Source: Eledone cirrhosa (Eukaryota). Taken from it: DNA of 64,000 nt. This document shows positions 56,640 through 64,000 of the stretch, piece after piece. The DNA lies in the NCBI GenBank assembly GCA_964016885.1, contig OZ024741.1, positions 288,052,001-288,116,000 of the forward strand, in the 5' to 3' direction. Below the pieces are notes generated by a model. That model saw nothing but the letters and a program-made list of their open reading frames with translations. It searched no databases and was not told where the DNA came from. Numbering within the stretch: the stretch's first letter is position 1; each line of letters opens with the position of its first letter. The position numbers and the translations under genes were made by a program.

Positions 56640-57820
56640 CCATATGTATGACAAAGACTAAGGTTCTTGTAAGTAGACGAGAAAACAGAAGCCAGATTCC
56701 CTCAGGGAAATGGCCTTGCTCAGTATGTAGGAAAGGTGTAGGTAGGAACTCCATCCTCTGCCCCAAATGCAAATAATGGGTACACAAGGGATGTAGTGGA
56801 ATCTCAGGAAGTTTAACTAAGAATGTAGGCTTCATATGTAGCAGCTGCGCTGGGACAACAAGCAGCAAACGACCACAGGAAACAAGCACCACCAAACTCT
56901 GGGAGGGCTCTGTAGAAACAGTAGACAGCTTCTGCTACCTAGGTGACCGAATTAGCAGGGGAGGTGGGTGTTCGGAAAGTACAATAACTAGGGTAAGAAC
57001 GGGATGGAAGAAGTTCAGGGAGCTACTGCCACTGCTAGCTGCAAAAGGCTTTTCCCTCAAAATGAAAGGCAGACTGTATGATGCGTGCATACGAACAGCA
57101 ATGCTACATGGTAGTGAGACCTGGGTGCTGTCTGTAGAAGACTTGCGCAGATTAGAAAGAAACGAAGCCTGCATGCTCCGATGGATGTGTAATAGTAATA
57201 TACGTGAACGACAAAGTATAAACGAATTGAGAGAGAGACTGAGCATAAGAGGAATCAAATGCTGTGTGTAGGAAAAGAGGTTACGTTGGTATGGACTTGT
57301 GATGCGTATCAAGGATGACAGCTGCATAAAAAGGTGCAGAGCACTAGAAGTTGATGGAAGCTGAGGAGTGGGGAGACCCAAGAAGACCTGGGATGAGGTG
57401 ATAAAGGCCAACCTTACCCAATTACACCTCTCAAAGGCGATGACACACGACCGTGACCTCTGGCGTCACGCAGTAACACAGAAGACCCGACCCTCCACAG
57501 GAACAAGCCGAAGCTGAAGCATATAGACAATATGCCTCCACACCCTCCCACTGAAAAGTGGTCGTGGAGGAGCCACGGCAAAAAAGCACCCAGCCCACAC
57601 TGTAAAGTGGACGTGTAGGCGCCACGGAAAAAAAGCACCCAGCACTCACTGTAAATGAGGTTGGTGTTAGGAAGGGCATCCAGCTGTAGAAATCAAGCCA
57701 GAATCAGTTCCTGTATGAGCAAGGCATGGTCAGCCAACCAGACACTGCCCACAACAGGACAACCCATCTAACCCATGCTAGCGTGGAAGAATGGACGTAA
57801 AACGATGATGATGATGATGT
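56640..57820 (+). mobile_element. 5'-truncated RTE-clade LINE (ORF C-terminus + 3' UTR + (GAT)n tail)
   Basis: KTKVLV...FCYLG...KGRLYDACIRTAMLHGSETW...LRWYG...GRPKKTW with stops. 3' UTR ends ...GGACGTAAAACGATGATGATG. Confidence 0.9.
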
Positions 57821-59959
57821 ATGTATGTGTGTGTGCGTGCATATGGTCTCCAAACACACGCAGTCTCATAGAAGAAACTGAAGGGTAATAGAGAATGTTC
57901 ACTAGTAAATTAACTTTGGTCAAAGAAATATATTAGTTGATATAGTAGGAATATATTACACTTGATATAGTAGGAAAAGTGTCTTAACGTTTCAGACGCT
58001 TGTCCTTCATCAGAAAACAGAATGAGAAATTAAATATATATATATCATCATTTAACGTCTATCTTCCATACTAGCATGGGTTAGATGGATTTGTCCCATT
58101 AGAGGCAAGTTGGGTCGGGTGACCATGTCTCGCTATACAACCACACGTAATTATATTCATCATTCGCCAGGAGGAGAAAATGGGCAGTAATTTGGCCACC
58201 ATTGCTGGACTGACTATAAAGAAAGTGTTATGGTGAATGAATGTGAGGCATCTTCTCAAAGATGTAATTATGCTTAAATATTTTTTTAATTATAGAGAAT
58301 AAGTTCATGTTGAACTGTGGCATATGTTGTCTTCGTTTCTTTCTAATTTTTAATTTTTTTTAATTTTATCCTATATTGATATTAAAAAGAAATTTCTGTT
58401 TCTAAATTAAGTAAACATTCAGCAATTTGGGGGAGGGAGGAGAAAATTGATTACTTCAGACCCCAGTATTTAACTGGTACTTCATTTTATAGACCTAGGA
58501 AGGATAAAAGGCAAAGTTGACCTTGGTAAGATTTAAACCCTTTAGAATTTACATTACTCTATATTTACTATTGTATTATTGCAGTAAAGGCTTTCTCGCA
58601 TAATATTGAATTTCATAGTATTTATTTTGAGAACAATACCTTAATGTCAGTATGCGTGGCCAGTTACAGCTGGTTTGAACAGAAAGAGGTGAGAGAATTC
58701 TGGTCAGATACAGCTGGTTTAACCCTTTAGCATTTAAACCAGCTGTATCCGGCCAGAATTCTCTCACCTTTTTCTGTTCAAACTGGATGTAACTGCCCAT
58801 TCTTATTTATGTTAAGGCATTGTTCTCAAAATAAATAATATCAAAATCTCATAGATTCAGTATTATGTGAGATAATTATGTGAGGTAAAGCCTTTACCAT
58901 GAAAATACAATAGTATCTATAGAGTAATGTAAACATGCTAAACGGTTAAATACTAAATAGCTAAACTCAGTTAAAGTGAAAGGTCAAGTGGTAAGAGCTG
59001 AACTCAGAACATATTGGAACTCTAACATTCCTACCAACTTACTTCTTTAACAATAATGACTTCTTTATTCATTTATTATTTCTTTATTATCTGATAATAA
59101 CGGTTTCTGATTTAGGCAAGAGGCCAACAATTTTGGGAGAGGGGAAAGTCGATTAAATCGACCCCAATGCATTACTGGTACTTTATTTTATTGACCTCGG
59201 AAGGATGAAAGGCAAAGCTAACTTAAGTGGGATTTGAACTCAGAACGATGCTGTGAAGTATGTTGTCTGATGCTCTTCTAACACGGCCAATGGTTACACA
59301 AAGCCAGCAATTTTAGGGAAGGGAATGTTGATTAAATCAACCCAGTGCATTACTGGTACTTTTTTTTATTGACCTCGGAAGGATGAAAGGCAAAGTTGGC
59401 CATAACAGGATTTGAACTCAGAATGTAAAGAGCCATAAGAAATACTGCTGGCAGTTGTCTGATGCTCTAACATCTCTGCCAATCCTCTACCCTTTCTGTA
59501 GATATAATAATAATAATAGTAATAATTTTATTTATGTTGCTATCATGCTGAGATTTGAGATGAATTTAACTTAACTGTTGTTTTATTTTATCATAGATTA
59601 ATATCTAAATTGAGAAGGAGGAGGAATTACACACAAGACTAGCAACCTTAGCTCCATTAATCAAAACTGTTACATAAACAGCAAAAGATGCCCAAGAAGA
59701 AGATGAAAAAGAAGATGAAAAAGATGAAAAAGAAGAAGAAAAAGAAAAAGAAGAAAAAGAAGTAGAAAAAGAAAAAGAAGAAGAAGAAGAATTTGTTTTA
59801 TATGACTTAGAAAGAGACAGAAGGATGATGTCCATGACCCTTTTAAAAGCCCCAGGATAGGGGAACAGGTTGTACTCAAATCCCAACTGGAAAACTTGCA
59901 GGAATATTTGCAGTAGAGCATACTCCGTTAATGATTTCCTAAGGACCTAAGGTGGTGTT

Positions 59960-60640
59960 AAGCCAGATGGTGAATTAAGTCTATGAGCTAAGAACAGGAG
60001 CAGTCGGCCGCACACTGTCAGAGATGGTAGTCTTTGTATGTGGCATATATATAGAAGCAATTAACAGTAAGAGTACATATGAAATAGATTATTCATTCAA
60101 AGTCTCTGAGGGCTCCATAGAAGTAGTAGTTTTATTACTTAGGTGACCTAATTGGCAGTAGAGGTGGGTGTTCTGAAACTTAGTTGCTAAAGTAAGAACT
60201 GGTTAGAACAGGTTGAAGGGGAGCTGTTACCTCTGTTGGCAATGAAGGGATTGTTTCCGAGTGAAAAGCAGATTGTGTGTTGTGTAGTAAGACGCGAGTA
60301 TTGAATGTGGTAGATATGTGAAAGCTAGAAAGAAATAAAGTGAGGATGTTATGATGGACCACAAATGAGTTGAGAAAAAAAAAATAGGTGTAAGAGGAAT
60401 CAGATATAGTGTGCAGAGCAGAATAGTATGCTGGTACAGGCACATGATTTATATGGAGAATGACATTTTCATAAGGAAGTGGTTCACTTGGAACAAGTCA
60501 ATGTCTTCTCATGGAAGGGGAAGACCAAGAAAACCAAAGTTTGAAGTGGTGAAGACTGATCCCAAGAAGCTCAACTTTACAAAAGAGTGAAACAAGTAAT
60601 AAAATGCTGTACTGAAGAAGACCCATCTAATCCATGCCTC
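59960..60640 (+). mobile_element. Highly decayed RTE LINE C-terminal region
   Basis: Diverged similarity to the 56900-57480 copy (GSIEVV..FYYLGD.I...GGCSE; GRGRPRK). Confidence 0.6.
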
Positions 60641-60896
60641 TAAAACTACCACAGAAGTCACTTTCAATTAAGTATGACTTTAATGGTATCTACCATGATT
60701 TTGCTAAGGGCTTTAAATACCCATGGGGTAACAGGAAAACATGGACAACACTCACCCCTCCTTCACCACCATTATTACCACCACAACTACTGCCACTGCC
60801 ACCACGAATGACAACCCCTGCCATCATCACCACCAACACCACCTCCCCCAAATAACTGTTTTAAGGACCAGCAGTCTCATCAAAAGCAATACTTAC

Positions 60897-61119
60897 ATGG
60901 CCTTCTTCATCTAGAAAGCCTCCTTTTAGGTTTATTTTCATTACTTTGAGTGGTTGGAGTGCTTTGGCAATTTCCTCAGTGACGTTCCAGAGATCCACAG
61001 CCAAGATCTGCCCGGACGGCGTCTCGCCAACAGCGGGAATGATCGGGACGTGTTTGGAATGCAAACACCACTTGATTGGGTCGCTATTTATAGCACTCAC
61101 TTTACCGAAAACACTATTA
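60897..61119 (-). CDS. NAGS: NAGS coding exon (AAK domain)
   Basis: ttccAG|...|GTAAGT; 223 nt encoding NSVFGKVSAINSDPIKWCLHSKHVPIIPAVGETPSGQILAVDLWNVTEEIAKALQPLKVMKINLKGGFLDEEGH. Matches the NAGS pattern WCL..G.IPI..P.GET...AKAL.P.K...N..GG. Confidence 0.93.
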
Positions 61120-62153
61120 CTGGAATAAATAAATAATTAAAGACATAAGTAAATATATTGGTTGATACAAGAAAAAATGTAAAAGAACAAGGAATATATG
61201 GAGAAATAAAGCAAAAACTACTGGGGGAAAACAGAAAAACAAAACTAGTATTGCTTTGGTACAGCCATCCAACATACAACAGATGTGAGTTTCATTGCCA
61301 CAGGCAACTCTGTCCACTTTTATCCATCAAACCAGGCAGTTATTTGCCTAACTTGTTTGACTATTTTAGCAGTTAACCCTTTAGCATTTAAACTGGTCGT
61401 ATCCAACCAGAATTCTCTCACCTCTTTCTGTTTAAACCAGCCATAACTGGCCACTCATACCAAGGTTAAGGTATTGTTCTCAACAAAATCTCATAGATTC
61501 AATATTATGTGAGATAATATGAGGTAAAGCCTTTACTGTGAAAATACTATAGTATATATAAAATAATGTAAATGCTAAAGGATTAAACCTGTGTTGTAGC
61601 AACTTTCAAAAGAAAAAAAAATAGGTTAAAATAAATAAAAAATGAACAAATAATATAGAAAAAAAGAATGAAAAAGTTTTATTTTTTTAGTTTAGTCAGA
61701 AAAGGAAAGGCAATGTTAATGTCTTTCTCACAGGGTATCCAACAGTGGTGAGAGGGAAGAAAGAGAGTGATGGAGGAAGAAGAGGGTGATAGATGGAGGA
61801 GGCGTCTAGAAGAATTAAAAATTATCAACAAGAACATATAGCCGACATGGGATCCGCTACCTGGTCACCAAACAAGCTAGAAATAGCAACTCAATCTACT
61901 TCCAATCATGCTACACCCTACTTAGTGTCTTAAAGGGATAAGAATACATTGGTTAATGAAGTTCTAGATTAGAATATCTGAAAATAATGGAATGATCATG
62001 GTTGGAACAGCTATGATCTGCAGGTCTATAGGATCAGAGTTGGCCTGGGGCTAAACAACAACAAAAATTGCAAGAAGAACATTTAATTTTTCTTATGTTG
62101 ATATAGAAGCAGGAGGAACAAGAGAAGAATTCAAAGCCTAAAGACAGAATTTA

Positions 62154-62356
62154 CCATATATACTTGAAGATAAGCCAACCCCACTATTTTATGTCTGAGA
62201 AATGGGCAGTAAATGATTTACATAGAATTTGAAGTTGGTGAAAATTGTCAAAATATTGACACTGAATATAAGCTGACCCCCCCCCCCCCACCAACCGTCT
62301 ACCATCAATTTTTTGGGGGTCACATATTTCTCTGCTTATATTCGAGTATATACGGC
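62154..62356. mobile_element. pogo/Tc2-like MITE
   Basis: TIRs CCATATATACTTGAAGATAAGC / GCTTATATTCGAGTATATACGG. Confidence 0.7.
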
Positions 62357-62686
62357 AATTCTTAACATCCTGTACCACATGAAACCACATGAACAAAACA
62401 TCCTTGAAAAGTAAAAAAACAGCACATTAAATCCTTCCTTTATGTTGGTTTACTGCAAATTTTCACAACAATTTGTTTATTCGTAAAGACATTATAAACA
62501 GTTGGATTAAGAAACCCAATTTTAGATATTTTCTGCTAAATCATTACAGGATGTGAAAGACTAAAATCAAGGGAGGAGGAGTGTAAGAACAATAACAATA
62601 TAAATAATAACACTAACAAGAGAGGAGGAGGAATGAAGAATGGAAAGAAATATACAATGTAGAATATTGGAATGACCGATACTGAC

Positions 62687-62808
62687 CTACTGCTTTGTAC
62701 TGCTTCTACAATGTTGCTGCCGCTGAAAAATGGTCGGGTATTGGTGCCAAACAATTCCAACATACTGGTCAATATTATACAGTCACCAAGCATCTTCGCT
62801 CGAGAAAT
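62687..62808 (-). CDS. NAGS: N-acetylglutamate synthase, most 5' coding exon recognisable in window (AAK domain)
   Basis: tttcacAG|ATTTCT...AGTAG|GTCAGT; 122 nt encoding ISRAKMLGDCIILTSMLELFGTNTRPFFSGSNIVEAVQSS. Resembles the vertebrate NAGS segment AKAQL...PFFGGGSVL. Phase 2 end matches the next exon. Confidence 0.85.
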
Positions 62809-64000
62809 CTGTGAAAGAAATAGTAGGACCGATTATACAGTCACTAAGTATCTTGGTTTAAGAAATCTGTGATTGTTTAATATATATATATATCATCATC
62901 ATCATCATCATCATTTTACGTCCGCTTTTCCCTGCTTGCAAGGGTTATATATATATATATATACTGTGTACTCCCTGCATTTGTGGTAACCAATGTTCGC
63001 AGTCCTGGTTATTTGCGGAATTTTCCATAGAACCTAACTAATAATTGTTCGTGGAAACCACCGCATATTCGCGGAATCATAAATATCTTCTGCAATTTTT
63101 TTTATGGCTTTTTCCGTGGCAATATATATTTTTTTAAAGCTAAATTATTAATAACAATATAACGTATTTGCCGGTCTATTGGACGTCCCTTCGCATAAAA
63201 CACTCTCTCTTTTTTAAAATTATATTTTACATCATATTTTGATGTTTACAGGCATTTTTATGGACTACGTCCAATATTCGCAGTCTTTCACTCTGCATGG
63301 ATGCTCTAGTAATGTAAACCCCCCCCCCCCCCCCCCCCCCCCGAATACCGGGGGACAACTATGTGTGTATTTATATATATAAACTTTAGTTTATGAAACA
63401 AAGTTTTTTTTTTCTTTTCTGGCAGACATTTAAAGTATTGTGACCAAAGCAGGATACTGGCAAAATTACAACAGGAACAAACAAGAGAGACCTACTCTTA
63501 AAAACAAATTTTCAAATCGTCTAAAATAATCAAGAAGAAAGGAACTAATAATATAAGTAACTTTTTCTTAAGCTGGTGTTTGGAGAATAACTTAAAACTC
63601 TTTTGCATAACATTATGATGGAAAGTGTTTAGATTAGTATAAACACTTTGAAATAAACAGCTTTTTATCATAGAAGTAGCTGCGAATTCAGGCAAAAGGG
63701 TTAACGTTGAATGAAATGTTGGTTAGTACTTTTAAATTTTGCCTTTTGTATCCTAGTTTTTAAAATAGATTCACCATATCCCTGTGTATTGTATGAGGCA
63801 ACTAAAGGATTGGGATCAGGAAGGGTATCTGGCTGTGAAATATTGTTTCAAGACATCCCGTCCATCCCATGCTGGCATTTTTATGTCCCAATGTGGACAT
63901 AAAAATGATGATGATGTATAAGAGAGAGGTGTGTCAACTTGCATACCTTCTTTTTCCAGTTTGGCTTCTGTTTCTGAATTGTTATCATTAGTCTAAGATG

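Noticed and set aside
59605-59886. Candidate minus-strand exon LGFEYNLFPYPGAFKRVMDII after a TTTTCCAG
   Set aside because: The flanking NAGS exons already join in frame without it, there is no similarity to NAGS, and it runs into a GAA low-complexity tract.
63947-64000. Possible upstream NAGS exon end (minus strand, ...AAGAAG|GTATGC, open in phase 0: HLRLMITIQKQKPNWKKK)
   Set aside because: Phase-compatible, but I see no similarity to NAGS and it is cut by the window edge. Needs flanking sequence or RNA-seq.

Overview
AT-rich, repeat-dense eukaryotic (animal) genomic DNA. The (TA)n/(TACA)n density and the SINE/RTE/MITE content suggest a cephalopod such as Octopus, but this is inference. The only host gene I can support is a minus-strand, vertebrate-like N-acetylglutamate synthase (NAGS). 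Ten phase-consistent GT-AG exons between 22574 and 62808 give 1011 nt (336 aa plus stop), and the 5' end is not identified. The rest is a decayed Helitron, a DD37D (maT) Tc1/mariner element, RTE/CR1 LINE fragments, many tRNA-derived SINEs often in tandem arrays, TTAA- and TA-type MITEs, minisatellites and a ~5 kb microsatellite. The most unusual signal is a set of distinct 100-450 bp non-coding elements embedded in (TA)n tracts. Many carry type I hammerhead-ribozyme cores (CTGANGA...GAAA), several are fold-back palindromes, and several share a TTGAGTRCT...CCTTY-(TA)n tail. They look like Penelope-like retroelement termini or non-autonomous ribozyme retroelements. Most long ORFs in the supplied track are microsatellite artefacts.
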